Part shown: positions 37,786 to 52,000 of the stretch, one piece after another
How positions within the stretch are numbered: position 1 is the stretch's first letter
Layout: every line of letters begins with the position of its first letter
From: Octopus sinensis
Taxonomy: Eukaryota
Direction of reading: 5' to 3'
Assembly (NCBI RefSeq): GCF_006345805.1
Contig: NC_043016.1
Span: 31,620,001-31,684,000 of the forward strand
Length of the DNA: 64,000 bases
Program-made: the position numbers and the translations under genes
The notes under the pieces: model-generated
Told to the model about the DNA's origin: nothing
Databases searched by the model: none
What the model saw: only the letters and a program-made list of their open reading frames with translations

Positions 37786-39225
37786 GAGGTGGTGCTGAAA
37801 AGTTCCTGGTTTTAAGGCCATTGTGAAAGACCTGGCTGGAGGCCAAACTTTCCAAGTTCTTTTACAGGGCTTCAAAAAACCAAGGGACCTCATAACTATT
37901 TTTTTCAGAAAATTTTTGTGAATTTGTGTTCTGCACATGGGAAATCATATGACAATGCAAAAATCAAAAAAAAAAAAATTTTTGTGATTTAAGGGGTATT
38001 TAGTTGTTATGTTTTGCACGTCTCACAACCACCTCATACCCTCCTTGTCTTTTTGTCACAGTCACAGTGATGTTTTTCAATATCTTTCTCCCCATAAACA
38101 CATTTACTGATCTATTGCTGGAATTTAAGTCAAAAATTCAGAGTGTCTGTATTTTAAACTGTGATTTTTTTTTTATTCAAAAAATTTTTTAAAAGATTAA
38201 AAAATTTTTTTTTAAATTCGAAAAAGTAATATTTTTTCTTGCATAGTCATATGCGTAGAACACAAACTCACAAAAATTTTCTGAAAATTCCAAAAGAAAA
38301 AAGCAAAAAAGTTACGAAGAGTTATATGACATGCATAAAGCAGAATTCTGCCATTACACGGTCTGATCAATAAATGTCCGGACTGTTGCTATAGTAACAA
38401 AACCAAAGCACAGAGAATGAAGCTGCTTGGCACATATTTACACACGCTAGTCTTGAACTAGGTGCAAAAGAGAGAAAAGATGTTACCAGAAAATTGTCAG
38501 AAGTCACTGAGAAAGCAAGCCATTACAGCTGGCTCAATAGAGACTACGAGTGGTCTCGCAAGAACAAATATTGAGGTTAATAAAAACATCTGGTCCAGAG
38601 TTACAACAGCTGACTCAACAAAGCTTGCACTGCTGGCTGGGTGAAAGTTTTTTGTCACTTGCATTGGTGGATAGCCCTGGCCATCTCTGGTATCTCAGCA
38701 GAAGGAACATAGATATGAAGAGGTACTGAAAAGTTCCTAACTTAAAGGGTATTTGCGAAAGACCTGGTTGGAGGCCCAATGTTTTAAGTTTTACAATAAG
38801 TGTAAGAATCTGTGAGGTGAATATATTGAATAAAATGATAATTAACCCATAAAGCACTAGGATTTGCATTTACATGGCATGGACTGTTGGGTGCATTTTA
38901 TGAAAATGAGACAACCATGCACACATAAAAAACAAAAAAAAAATCGTTAAACTATCTTCTTAGTATAATATAATGGTGGCAAGTTTTGCATCATCTGAAA
39001 AGTCCACCCACCTATCCACTGCTTAGTTGAACCATTAGTCCTCTTGCATTCAGTTGGGTATTGGAGTATTTGAGTGACATTAGACCCTAACAAACGCTCA
39101 TAAATTAAATGCATCTATCATGTGCCTGATGGCCACAATCATGGCCCATCGCACTTCATGTGTTAACTGATCCTCCTGTATTTTCTTTTACCCAAAGCCA
39201 GGAACTTTTCAGCACCTCCACCCTC

Positions 39226-39256
<31 letters not shown>

Positions 39257-39470
39257 TACACACACAAGGTGATACTGGCTTTAAGGCTATCTCAAAAGGC
39301 TTGGTTGGAGGCCCAACTTTCCAAGTTCTTTTACAGGGCTTTGAAAAACTGCTGTAATAAGTGTGTGAATATGAGAGGGGAATATGTTAAATAAAATCAT
39401 AATTAACTGATCATCCAGTATTTTCTTTTATCCAAAGCCAGGAACTTTTTTTAGCGCCACCTCAAACACA
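37783..39470. mobile_element. Nested cluster of Tc1/mariner-type MITE fragments and a long-TIR element (37885-38335)
   Basis: Termini TACGAGGTGGTGCTGAAAAGTTCC (37783; related at 38720, 39400, 41103) and TACACGGTCTGATCAATAA (38355); inverted repeat TTTTCAGAAAATTTTTGTGA..TGTGTTCT / AGAACACA..TCACAAAAATTTTCTGAAAA. Confidence 0.55.
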
Positions 39471-40403
39471 TACATTTATACATGCACACACACACACACA
39501 CACATGTATGTATGTGTATATGCATGTATGTATATGTATGTGAGCCTGTGTGTGTTAAATGTTTCATTGTTTTGACTTCATGTGATAGTTACTAATGCAT
39601 GTCACTGTCATGCTAATTTCACAGTCCTTTTTTTTTCTTTTATATTTAATTATACATCACAAGTCTACACTTGTTGAGTCAGCTTTCTTGCATTTATTGA
39701 CCAATGAATTTGAAGCTATGTCATTCGTCATTCTCATATCACTTGAACAGAACTAAATTAATACTGTGCATTCATGTTACCAGAAGTAGTTTCATTTTTT
39801 ATTGCTAGCCACTTAACTACACAGGTAGCAAAAAAAGAAACAGAAAGAGCAGAAAACAGCTAAACACTATAATGGATTTCAACCCACTTTTTAAAATACT
39901 TGGAAATCACTCATGACCTATTTCTGTTAGGGAGTGATCTTTTGGAAAGTATTTTTTTATTCTTTTACTTGTTTCAGTTATTTGACCGTGTTCATGCTGG
40001 AGCACCACCTTATAGGATTATAACCAAAGAATTCGACCCCATGACTTCTTTTTTCTGTAAGCCTAGTATTATTCTATTATTCTATTGGTCTCTTTTGCTG
40101 AACTGCTAAGTTACGGGGCACATAAACTAGCATCGATTGTCAAGCAATGAAGGTGGGACAAACAGACACACACATGCATAAATGCATACATATACATACA
40201 TACATACATATATATATATATATATTTCAAATTTACAGAAAACAAAAGACAGGTGTTGGAACAAGAAGTAGGTGTTTAACGCTTGGAAAGAAAGAAAAGA
40301 CTTTTATGTTTTTATATGTATATATATAATTGCTATATATATAAAAGACTTTTATATATATATATATAATTGCTAGCCACTTATATTACTATTATTTATT
40401 AAT

Positions 40404-40644
40404 AACAATTGCAGCGTGGAAGGTGTTTGTAAGCCAATCCGTGCAGCACGGATTTTTGTCAGTGAACAGGTCGCGGATATTAGCGACGAAAATATTTTGA
40501 CAGATTAAACTTAAATGTTGAAGTGAATCGAACGGCTTTTGTGTGTTTCTTAAATGGCTTACAAACACCTTCCACGCTGCAATTGTTTTCGTTTCAGCGC
40601 ACGATCTCGGATCAAATCACTTGCTATGCAAGTACATCTCCGTA
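40404..40644. mobile_element. MITE with 33-bp perfect inverted repeat, left end truncated
   Basis: AACAATTGCAGCGTGGAAGGTGTTTGTAAGCCA (40404-40436) and its exact reverse complement (40555-40587); the right end continues to ...CTCCGTA. Confidence 0.75.
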
Positions 40645-41014
40645 TTTATAAATAATAATATCTTTATATATGCATATATATATATACGTGCAGGAGTGGC
40701 TGTGTAGTAAGTAGCTGGCTTACCAACCACATAGTTCCGGGTTCAGCCCCACTACATGCATTCTTAGGCAAGTGTCTTCTACTAAAGCCTTGTAAGTGGA
40801 TTTGGTAGATAGAAACTGAAAGAAGCTTGACAACGAATGCTGGTGTATTTATATCCCCGTAACCTAGCAGTTCAGCAAGAGAGACCAATAGAATAAGTAC
40901 TAGGCTTACAATGAATAAGTCCTGGGGTCAATTTGCTCGACTAAAGGTAGTGTCCCAGCATGGCCGCAGTCAAATGACTGAAAAAAGTAAAAGAATAAAA
41001 TAATATATATATAT

Positions 41015-41097
<83 letters not shown>

Positions 41098-42082
41098 ATA
41101 TATGAGGTGGTGCTGAAAAAGTTCCTGGTTTCAAGGCTATTGTTTACCAAATCCACTCACAAAGCTCTGGTCAATCCAGGGCTATAGTGGAAGACACTGG
41201 CCTAAGTTTGCTTCCCAATTGTGTAGTTGGGAAGCAAACTTCTTCCCACACAATTCACACGTGTATGTGAAAATAAATTGAGAAAAGACAGGTATCAGCA
41301 ATTCTAATCAAGAAAGGCAAGGGAAATAAATATGAAACGCAAATTTCAAATTGAAATGGGGGTGGATACACAGTGGGAAGTGGTCTTCAGTAAGCACAAT
41401 TGACAAGTTCCAATTTTCTTAGAGTTCCTGAAATGAAGAACAGTCTCACTACCTTCTTGATGACAGACATATAGTTATATAAAGATTTTTTTCAAATAAA
41501 TGAAGATTGGCACATATGACATTTAAAAGATTGATCAGGGAAATATTACCAAGAATACTTTCTCAATGGAAATCATAGTTTAAGGGGAAGATGGAGGTTT
41601 TCAGGATGTAGTAAAATTAAAATAAAGTAACACCTGTAATGATGTGGGGAAAAAATTGTTACCTTTAATTAATTCTGCTTAAGGAAAGCAAGGTAGACAG
41701 CTCAAACCAAAACTCTGGCTGTATGGTAAGAAGTTTGCTTCTCAACCACATGGTTCTGGGTTCAGTCCCACTGTATGGCACCTCAAGTGTCTTCAAGTAT
41801 AGACCTCGGGCTAGCTAAAACCTGGTGAGTGGATCTGGTAGACGGAAACTGAAAGAAACCAGTAGCAAAAACACAAGTGTAGGTTTGAGTCCTATGTGTA
41901 CAGAAAACCCACTTTTTATAGGTGCAGGTGTGGCTGTGTGGTAAGAAGCTTCCTTCCCAATCACATGGTTCCTGCTTCAGTCCCACTGTGTGGCACCTTG
42001 GACCAGTGTCTTCTACTATAGCCTTAGGCTGACCACAGCTTTGTGAATGAATTTGGTAGATGGAAACTGAAAGAAGCCGGTC

Positions 42083-42116
<34 letters not shown>

Positions 42117-42650
42117 TTGTAAAAACGAAGTTTGAAAATGCTGCTATATTAGACAAATTTTTGATTTTTATATATACATTATTTATTTAACATGTTTCGG
42201 TTCTTGAAATGATGAACCTTATCAAAAAAAATTTATATATAAAAAAGATAGTTCATGCTATCAAATATAAAAAATTCATATATAATAAAAAAATTCATAT
42301 ATAGTGGAGCGAGTCCATGCTGTATGTTTAAAGAGTATGAAGTAGTAGTTCATAGTGGTGATATGCATTCAATATAAAAAATTCATGTTCTTGAAAAAGC
42401 GAAGAATTCATTTTAGGTTTTACCTTGTGTTCCAATGGGAGCAACTGTGATGACCGTTGGTTGGTGTCTGTTCGAATAGTTCTGGTGAATCTTGTGAAAT
42501 GTTTGGGTTTTATATCACCTGTTAGGTGGCTAGTCCAGCGGAACGGGACGTCATCAAAGTTTTGACCAATCGTCTCGTTAGGTGGCTAGTCCAGCGGAAC
42601 GGGACGTCATCAATGTTTCGACCAATCAGAATCGGGTCTGACCTATAGCT
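42117..42650 (-). mobile_element. Penelope terminal-repeat-like unit: duplicated CCAAT/CRE block, TATA, splice donor, hammerhead, (TA)n
   Basis: Order on the minus strand: 56-bp tandem repeat (42521-42627), TATAAAA (42514-42508), CAAG|GTAAAA (42424/42423), hammerhead (42233-42181), (TA)n at about 42100. Confidence 0.7.
42181..42233 (-). ncRNA. Minimal type I hammerhead ribozyme, U3-A8 variant
   Basis: Minus strand: TTTTTT-TTGATAA-GGTTC(ATCATTTCAA)GAACC-GAAA-C(AT)G-TT^-AAATAAAT; stem II 5 bp. Confidence 0.6.
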
Positions 42651-43488
42651 GTATTATATATATATATGTATTTATATATACTTATATATATGTATGTATT
42701 TGTGTGTCTGTTTGTCCCACCACCACCACCACCACCACTTGACAACTGATCTTGGTGTTTACATCCCCATAACTTAGTGGTTCGGCAAAAGGGACCAATA
42801 GAATAGGTACTAGGCTTACAAAGAATAAGTCCTGGGGTCAATTTATTCGACTAAAGGTGGTGCTCCAGCATGGCCGCAGTCAAAATGACAGAAACAAGTA
42901 AAAGAATAAAAAGAATATATGCACATGTATGTGTGTGTGTGCCTTTGTCCCCAGCATCATTTGACAGCTGGTGTTGGTATTTTTACATCCCTCTAACTTA
43001 GTGGTTCAACAAAAGAGACAGATAGAATAAGCACCAGGACTCAAAAGTATTGGGGTCAACTTCTTTGATTAAAATTTTTCAAGGCAATACCCTAGCATGG
43101 CCACAGTCTAATGACTGGAACAAATAAAAGGTAACAGAATGTGCCCCAGCATGGCCACAGCCTCAAGGCTGAAACATCTAAAAGAATAAAAGAAAATAGT
43201 GTAGATTCATGTTTGAAATTGTTGCTGTACTTGCAAATAAGTTAGACTACTCTTCACCGCATGTTCAATCCAAGCAGTATCCTTTGTTTTCAGTATTCTA
43301 AGGAAATATATCAGGCCTTAAGGAAATGTTACCTTGCTTGGAAACAAGTGAGGGTGGGTGACAGGAAATGTATCCAGGTGCAGGAAATTTGTCCCAACAA
43401 ATTCTGGCAGACCAACGAATGAATGCATGGAAAAGTACATGTTAAACTGATGATAATGATAATTGCACGCGTGCACATGCACACACAC

Positions 43489-43600
<112 letters not shown>

Positions 43601-44665
43601 TGGTACCATTTAATGAAAAGCAATGGAAAGTGTAAAGTTGGGACACCTTTTAAAAAAGATTCTGTTATTAGTGCCGGTGTTGCCATGTGGTAAGAAGTTT
43701 GCTTTTTAACCACATGGTTCCAGGTTCAGTCCCACTGTGAAGCACTTTGGGCAAGTATCTTCTACTATAGTCTCAGGCTGACCTGACCAAACCATTGTTA
43801 GTGGATCTAGTAGAGGGAAACAAATAGAAGCCCGTTGCATATATATGACGTAGAGCTTATATATAATATATAATATATAATATAAATATATATATATATA
43901 TATGGTTCTCATTTTGTTAAATGAATAAGTAATCCAACATTATAAAATCCGAAAGTTGATGAACTAAATTTGTTTCTCCATTTTCTTATTCGTATTATAT
44001 ACTAGCTTAAGGTGACCCGCTCTACGTGTGGGTAAGAGTGTGGTTGTTACTTTCTGTTGCTTCCTTTCAGCACGTAAAAAGCACCATCCGAACGTGGCCA
44101 ATTGCAGCGCCGCCTTGACTGGCTTCTGTGCCGGTGGCACGTAAAAAGCACCAACCGATCGTGGCCGCTGCCAGCCCCCCTGGCACCTGAGCCAGCGGCA
44201 CAAAAAAGCACCCACTACACTCACAGAGTTGTTGGCGTTAAGAAGGGCATCCACCTGTAGAAACACTGCCAGATCAGACTGGAGCCTGGTGCAGCCTCCT
44301 GGCTTTCTAGACCCCGGTCAAACTGTCCAACCCGTGCTAGCACGGAAAACGGACGTTAAACGATGATGATGATGATTCTCCCTCTTTGTTTCTCTGTCCT
44401 TTCTCTCTCACTTTCCCACTCTCTTACTTTTCTTTTCTCTTGGACTCTCCCTCACTTTCTCTTACTCTCTATCTTTATCTATCTCTCTCCCATTTATAAA
44501 CAACAAAAGATCTTGAGTAAGTTGAGAAATAAAATATTTAGAAAGATCAATCATAAATATCAGGCAGTGGCAACGGAAAGGTCTGCTTTAAGGGAGACAG
44601 CAAAACAGTAACATTTAAAAGGGACAGACGAACTTGCAAGCTGAATAAAAATAATAAAATATTGG

Positions 44666-44950
44666 AAACCAAAGTTTGAAGGGATAGAATCTGAGGATAG
44701 TAGAGTTACCATGGCTGGCATTTCTTAACAACGGACAGCAACGTATTGACAGTTTAACGGCTGGCGTAAAATTTTGGACTTGATGTAAAAGAAAATTCCT
44801 AAATACCAAGTTTTGAAGTGATTCTTTCTCACGACAGTAGACTCACCATGGCAAGCATTCAAAACTTCTTCATCATGGACGGCAACACATTGATGATTAA
44901 AAGGCTGGCGCAAATGTTTTAGCTTGATGTAACAGAGAATTCCTAAACAC
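44666..44950. repeat. Diverged two-unit tandem repeat, period ~137 bp
   Basis: ACCAA..TTTGAAG.GAT...GA.AGTAGA.T.ACCATGGC...GGCTGGCG.AAA..TTT...CTTGATGTAA..GA.AATTCCTAAA.ACC occurs twice. Confidence 0.75.
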
Positions 44951-46193
44951 CCGCTCCTTTAAATTTTAATCCCCTTCCAGCCCCATTTAGACCCCTTTTC
45001 ACATTTTGGTTAATATAACCCGATTTCATTCGGGTCTACTGGGGCCACATTTTATAAGATGAGGAATTTTGTCCTAGAGGTCACGCCTTTCATTTGAGGA
45101 AAAAAATAGTTGTCATGCAAACTTGCCAGCACTTTTAACATAGGTGTGCATATTTTCAGCTCAACCGACCACATAATGCACACATTATATATATATATAT
45201 ATGTATATATATGTATGTGTGTGTGTGCACGCATTATATATACAAATGTATACAAATTATATATATATATGTATAAATTAAATTAGAGATAAAACCACTA
45301 ATAGGCAAATCAAACAGTGAAAAACGAAAAACAAAAACATAAAAATAAAAATATAATATAGAAAATATATAAAATATAAAATTGAAAAATTTAAATTATT
45401 TAAATTTAAAATAAAAATTATTAAATTATATTTATAATTTGTTTAGAAATATATATAACTATGAAAAAGTATTAAAAAGTTTAATATAGATAAATACAGA
45501 TATATACACTTTGTATATATGGCACGTAAAAAGCACCCACTACACTCACGGAGTGGTTGACGTTAGGAAGGGCATCCAGCCGTAGAAACACTGCCAGATC
45601 TGACTAGGCCTGATGAAGCCTTCCGGCTTCACAGACCCCAGTTGAACCGTCCAACCCATGCTAGCATGGAAAACGGATGCTAAACGATGATGATGATGAT
45701 GATGATGATGACATTATATATACATATTTATATATAGAACACACACACACACACATACATTATATATACATATTTATATCTAGAACACACACACACACAC
45801 ATACATTATATGTACATATTTATATATAGATCACACACACACACACACACATATAAATGAACGCAAGAAATATCTGATTCATAATATTTGTTCTCATGCT
45901 CGTGTGTTGTTGGTGGCGATGATAATTCTCTCTATGAATGCAGACAGATACATAAAAGAACGCCGAAGTGATGGGAAGGTAGGAAACAGAGTGAGTGAAA
46001 AAGTGCTGGGAAGAGAGGAAATAGCGAGAGTGAGTTGAGGAAGACAGATACATTAAAGAACGAGAGTGGATTTGTCAAAGTGGGTTTTTGGCCCTAGCAA
46101 CGACACCTTTTAAAATAGGGATTCTTAAGATAGCCCATGGGCATCGTCACCTCATTTTACATGTCCCTGTAAATTTTGGAGTGAATCGGACGC

Positions 46194-46239
<46 letters not shown>

Positions 46240-46924
46240 TAAATAAATGTATATTATATAAAATCTGTTCTATCTGTCAGTGTGTGTCTTGTAAGATCTC
46301 GGGCATCCTCCATCCGATTGTGTTCAAATTTGATATGTATATACTGACGGTATCAGGGTGTGTATAAGTCTTGAAAAAATTACAAAAATCGATTCCAGGT
46401 GAAAATGTGATCGATAAAGCCGTGGGAATGTGCTTTTCTTCCGTCAACATGTACATAACTGCACCTTCCATTTTTTGTACTCCTTCAGGCACGTTTTTTT
46501 CTTGCCATGCTTACTGTTTAAACCATGTTTGTGTTCTCCCAGTCAACAGCCTTTTCATTACTGGTACTTTAAACTCTTCGGTTGCATATTTGTGTGAATA
46601 AAATCGTTTTTCTTTGGAATAGAAAAAAAGTCTATCTTTATTTCTTCTTTTGCTGGTGTCTCAAATTTAGATTAAATCAGTGTTTCTCAAAGGGAAGGCC
46701 TATGGGACGGTCGGACAAGTTGTTTTGAGAAAATTTAGTTTAAATATTTGACAACTCAGCACCGTCCATTGGACGGGGGTGCGTTTTGCTCATATATATA
46801 TAAGGCTTTGAACCTTCCCATCATAATATAGTTACTGCTGATTTTTTCATTCCGATTACCATCCAGTCTAATACATTTCAATTCCAATATCAGAGAATAT
46901 GAATGACCCAATATTAAAGATTTA

Positions 46925-47345
46925 AGTAGAAGGTGGTGAGTTGAAATGTTAGCATGCCAGGTGAAATGCTTAGCGGAATTTTGTCTGTCTTTATATTCTG
47001 AGTTCAAATTCCACCAAGGTCAACTTAGCCGTTCCTTCTATTCGGGGTCAATAAATTAAGTACCAGTCCTGTACTGTGGTCGATCTAATTGACTGGCCCC
47101 CTACCCCAAAATTTCAGGCCATGTGCCTAGAGTAGAAATGAATATTAAAGATTTAAGTTGAAGGTGGCAAGCTGGCAGAAACGTTAGCATGCCGGGCGAA
47201 ATGCTGAGTGGTATTTCGTCTGTCTTTACGTTCTGAGTTCAAATTCTGCCATGGTCGGCTTTGCCTTTCATCCTTTCTGGGTCGATAAATTAAGCATCAG
47301 TCAGGTGCTGGGGTCAATCTAATCGTCCCCTCCCACAAAATTTCG
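46925..47345 (+). mobile_element. Two tandem copies of tRNA-headed SINE family D
   Basis: AAGGTGG..AG.TG..AGAAA.GTTAGCATGCC.GG.GAAATGCT...GTTCTGAGTTCAAATTC...GCCTTTCATCCTTTC.GGGGTC.ATAAATTAAG. Other copies at 32780-32995 (-), 51520-51745 (-), 54640-54850 (-) and 55930-56070 (+). Confidence 0.75.
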
Positions 47346-47699
47346 AGACGGAGGGGGGGAGGTGTGTGGAGTATTTGGCCTAACACAATGCAAATATTTT
47401 TGAGTGTGATGACCCAATTACACACACTAATGTTTTTATGACTGTCCCCTCTTTCATTTCAGCCATTGTTAATCCCTTCTCTCTTCCTCTATTCTTTCTA
47501 TTCCTTCCCTTCTTTTCCCATTGGTCCTTCTTTTCTAATTCATTTCTCTTCTCCTTTCCTCTTTATCTCTCTACCATTTACCTTATACTTAATGCCTCTC
47601 TTCATTCCCTCCCACTTTCCTGTATCACTCTTTCAGTGTTCAGCTTGGTTATAACTAGAACAAAATGACTCTGCTAAGAGTAGCATTAATTCTCTAGGT

Positions 47700-48502
47700 C
47701 AGGGGTTCTCAAGCATTTTTTAATCTATGGACCCCTTTCATTACTATTTTATTCTGGTGGACCCCATAGCCATACAATGTTTAAAAACTAGTTTTACACA
47801 AACTTCTTTCAAAATTCCTATTTTGTTTTTCACACATTAACTTGCATAGGTTAAACTTTGTAAAACGCTAGAGAAAGAAACCCAGCTGTTTCTTGCAATA
47901 CATAGCATTAAATACATCTAATGCAGAGGTTCTCGGCCATTTTTTTTATCTATGGATCCCTTTGATTAGTATCTTATTCTGGTGGATCCTCATAGCCATT
48001 CATCATCATCATCATCGTTTAACGTCCGCTTTCCATGCTAGCATGGGTTGGACGGTTCAACTGGGGTCTGGGAAGCCAGAAGGCTGCACCAGGCCAGTCA
48101 GATCTGGCAGTGTTTCTACAGCTGGATGCCCTTCCTAACGCCAACCACTCCATGAGTGTAGTGGGTGCTTTTTATGTGCCACCGACACAGGTGCCAGACA
48201 AGGCTGGCGAACGGCCATGCTCGGATGATGTTTTTTATGTGCCACATCAATGTTTAAAAACTAGTTTTATAGAAACTTCTTTCAAAATTCCTTTTTTTGT
48301 TTTTCACACATTAACTTGTGTAGGTTGAACTTTGTAAAATATTAAAGAAAGAAACCCAGCTGTTTCTTGTAATACATACCAATACATACACATAAAGCAA
48401 CATTTTTCAGGGGCCCTTAAAATATTATTGTGATCTCCAGTTTGACTATTTTGTTGTTTGGACCCCACAAAATCTTATATGGACCCTGGTTGAGAACCCC
48501 TG
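47700..48502. mobile_element. hAT-family MITE with 8-bp TSD, internal duplication and nested RTE tail
   Basis: TIR CAGGGGTTCTCAA / TTGAGAACCCCTG; TSD CTCTAGGT at 47692-47699 and 48503-48510; RTE tail at 48000-48245. Confidence 0.9.
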
Positions 48503-48654
48503 CTCTAGGTCATTCAATTTTCCTCAACCAATCGATAGGCTAATTGGGTAAACCAATCCATAACAACCTATAATGACTACTGGAAACTGCTGTAAGTCAA
48601 ATTTATTACAATAAAGAAATATGTGATGACCATTAGTTATGTCTTGTCTTATAA

Positions 48655-49025
48655 GTGCAGGAGTGGCTGTGTGGTAAGAAGCTTGCTTTCTAACCTTATG
48701 GTTCTGGGCCTGGTCCCACTGCATAGCACCTTGGCTAAGTGTCTTCTACTATAGCCTTGGCCTGACCAAAGCCTTGCGAGTGGATTTGGTAGATGGAAAC
48801 TGAAAGAAGCCCATCATATGTGTATATGTTTGTGTCTGTTCCCCCACCATCACTAGACAATCGATGTTGGTGTGTTTACATCCCTGTAACTTGGTGGTTC
48901 AGCAAAATAGGGCGATAGAATAAGTACTAGGCTTACAAAGAATAAGTACTGGGGTCAATTTCTTCAACTATAGGCAGTGCTCCAGCATGGCTGCAGTCAA
49001 ATGACTGAAACAAATAAAAGAATGT
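48655..49025 (+). mobile_element. SINE family A copy
   Basis: Family A consensus. Confidence 0.85.
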
Positions 49026-52000
49026 GTGTGTGTGTGTGTATGTGTGTAATATTTTGGACAAATGAGTATATATCAGCTAGTGTGCTGATGTGTTGGGTAA
49101 AGCACCGGCACAGTTTGGGCTACAGACTGCAAATTTGATGCAACACAATATGATGTACAGCACCCCACCCATAAGAGACAGTCACAGGACGGGTCAAAAC
49201 GATCGTTGTACAAAATAGAGTTAAACCAATTCCATCTTCTGTTTACTTAATTGATTACACACACACATGTATGTGTGTAGCTGTGTGAGTGTATGTGTCT
49301 TTGTTTCTCTCTACCACTGCTTGATAAGTGGTGTTGGAGTGTTTACATCCCCATTACTTTATCTAGCAGCACCTCACCATTGACTTAGCTTTGATAAGTT
49401 TGAAAGCTGAATAAAAGGAGAGAAGTTATAACTAGATGAAATCTCCAGACAGTTTAAATGCACAAGCCTCCAATATTCAAGTAGCTAAAAAATATTAGAC
49501 GAAGGGCACCTGAGAGTCATGACCTGGATGTGGCATGGCTCCCTTAGAGTGTGAGAAGCTAAGGGCTGAAACACTTGCCTGAGTGTATGTGTGTGGGGGG
49601 GGAGATCTTCTCTGAAGACCTTCAACTGTTCAGCTCTCTTGAGAGTTTATTACCTCTATGTTGGACTAAGTTAAGGGTTGATGTCTGTTATAAAAAAAAA
49701 GAACACAAAGCAAATAAATCATTATGGTTTAGAATTTCTTCTCCTCCTGTACTTAAGCAAAATGTCCTGTATTCCAAATGCCCATAACCTTCCCAGAAGT
49801 AGTGGACAGAGAAGATAGATGGATGGAGGCTAACATGATAGAATGATCCACCAATGGATCAGATCTTATAAGTTACCTGAAATACTCAAAGTGATGAAAT
49901 AATAATAAAAAAAAAAACATTCAATATTTTTATTTATTTATTTTCAAAAGGTTTTAAATTCCAAAAACAAAATATAAAAAGTTTACTAACTAAACAGTAT
50001 CAAGAATTTAAAATAAAAGGAGTGTTCTGTGTATGTTGTAAGCAGGTTAAAGATATCTAAAGTATTTAATTAAATTACCTTTTTGTTTATAAAACAAAAA
50101 GTAATTTAAATCATTTTCATTTTTAACTGCTTATCAAAATACGATATGTGAATTATGTAAAAAAAAATTAAACATCTATGTACATAATATTAGTTATTTA
50201 CATACACCAAAGTAAATGTTAGTTATTTATATACCACAACTCATAAATGTAGGTGTTTGTGTATAATATTTTCATATTTTAGTTAACCTTTTTCTCAGAA
50301 AAAGAAAGAAGAAAAGTAAAAAATATTTTTTGGCTGTTTGGGACATACTATGAATGTTTCAACTTGAATAGTATCATAAAGGTGCATTTTTGTTAGCACT
50401 ACAATGGTGCTTTTCACCAAGATATTCATGGACAACATATAAAAGAAATATCTTTAACCAGATTTTAAATTAGTATTCAATAACATATAAACAGTTTTTA
50501 AGAAATGAAATAACTTAATAATTATTTACAAAAAAAAAAGAATAAATAGAGAAAGAAAAAATGTAATCCAACATATTTTCCTAAATATTAGCTCTGTATT
50601 TTCCATAATTTAATTATATAAAAAGAAGACATTCTCTAGTTTTCTCTTTTTCCATTCATCTGAAAGTGAAACAAAAAAATAACTTACCATAGAATCTGAT
50701 ATGTATTGATCTCTTTACAAAGAAAATAAAAAAAGGAAAATGCCAAAATATTCAAATTAAATATTTAATTAGGCTGTTAAAAAAAAACTTTCTTAAGCAA
50801 AACAAAATGCAAAGGTATTTATTATTTTTTTAAAATCCTTTTACATTTTTATTTATTAAAAAATTTTTTTCTTAATGAATGCATGATAAATCTACTCAAC
50901 ATTTCTATTTTATAGTTCATCAAATAATTGATTCTTTCTGGCAAATAATCCACCATTGCATTCATTTGGATTATCTTTTAACTCCACGTCTTTGATCCAA
51001 TTAGAAGCCCCAGTCTTAATGTTACATTGATAATAACATCATTCCTTGATTATTACTACCTGAGACAAAAATTCCCATTAGCAATACTTAAAATTTAAAA
51101 ACAACTATCCAGTGAGCCCTAAAGGGAGTTTTCTTCCCTATTAATTACATGGACAGTTGCAGCCGACCAAACTGTTTCAGTTTAAATTTTTACATGTGAG
51201 AAACTAATACACCATATGTGTATTTTCAGAATGCTCTCCTGGAAGATTTTCTCCCTAGTGCAGCAGATGAATTCATAGGACAGGGATATCTCAATATTAA
51301 AATATGATAAAACATGATTCATCAACACTATTAGGTATCATAGCCTTTAAATAGCTGACACAATTTTTTTTAATGCAGTTTACATTGTTTTTCTCATTAC
51401 AGCAGTTGGTTGAGCCAGAAGCTGAGTTATTATATCTAGCTGTAAAATTTTAGTCATACATTCATTTCCATTCTAATTAATTTAACTTGTTCCAAGCAGC
51501 TGCTAATTTATGGTAATCATTTGTTCAAATATTGGCTCAAGGCCAGCAATTTCAGGAGAGGGGTTAAGTCGATTACATTGACCCTAGTGATCAACTGATA
51601 TTTATTTTATTGACCCCCTCCCCCAACAAAAGGATGATAGGTAAAGTTGGCCTTGGCAGAATTTGAACTCAAAATGTAAAGATGGATGAAATGCCACTAA
51701 GCATTTTGCCTGGTGAGCTAACAATTCTGCCAGCTTGCCACGTTAAATTTGTTTGGATATATTAATTCTTATCACAACACTTTCAACTCTTACAACCCCT
51801 TCCTTGAACTGTTAAAGTTCATAAGCCCTCTTTCATTATACTCTGTATCCCAGTTTGGCTTCAAGTGGGTGGATAGTTTTGAGGCTGGTAAGATTGGTAC
51901 AGCTCTTCTGAACATAACCGGTTTGTCTATATGTAAAAAATCTTTGTTAATTAATCAAACAGGCTTGGGTAGATATACTTGCCAATATAATCTAACAGAT

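Noticed and set aside
49170-49225. Possible hammerhead relic (…GTC-AAAAC-GATC-GTT)
   Set aside because: Core positions do not match (no CUGANGA/UUGANAA, G12 absent) and stems are unconvincing.
51020-51061. Possible minus-strand terminal exon (strong acceptor, GSNNQGMMLLSM*, AT-rich 3' flank with AATAAA)
   Set aside because: No upstream exons could be linked and there is no homology.
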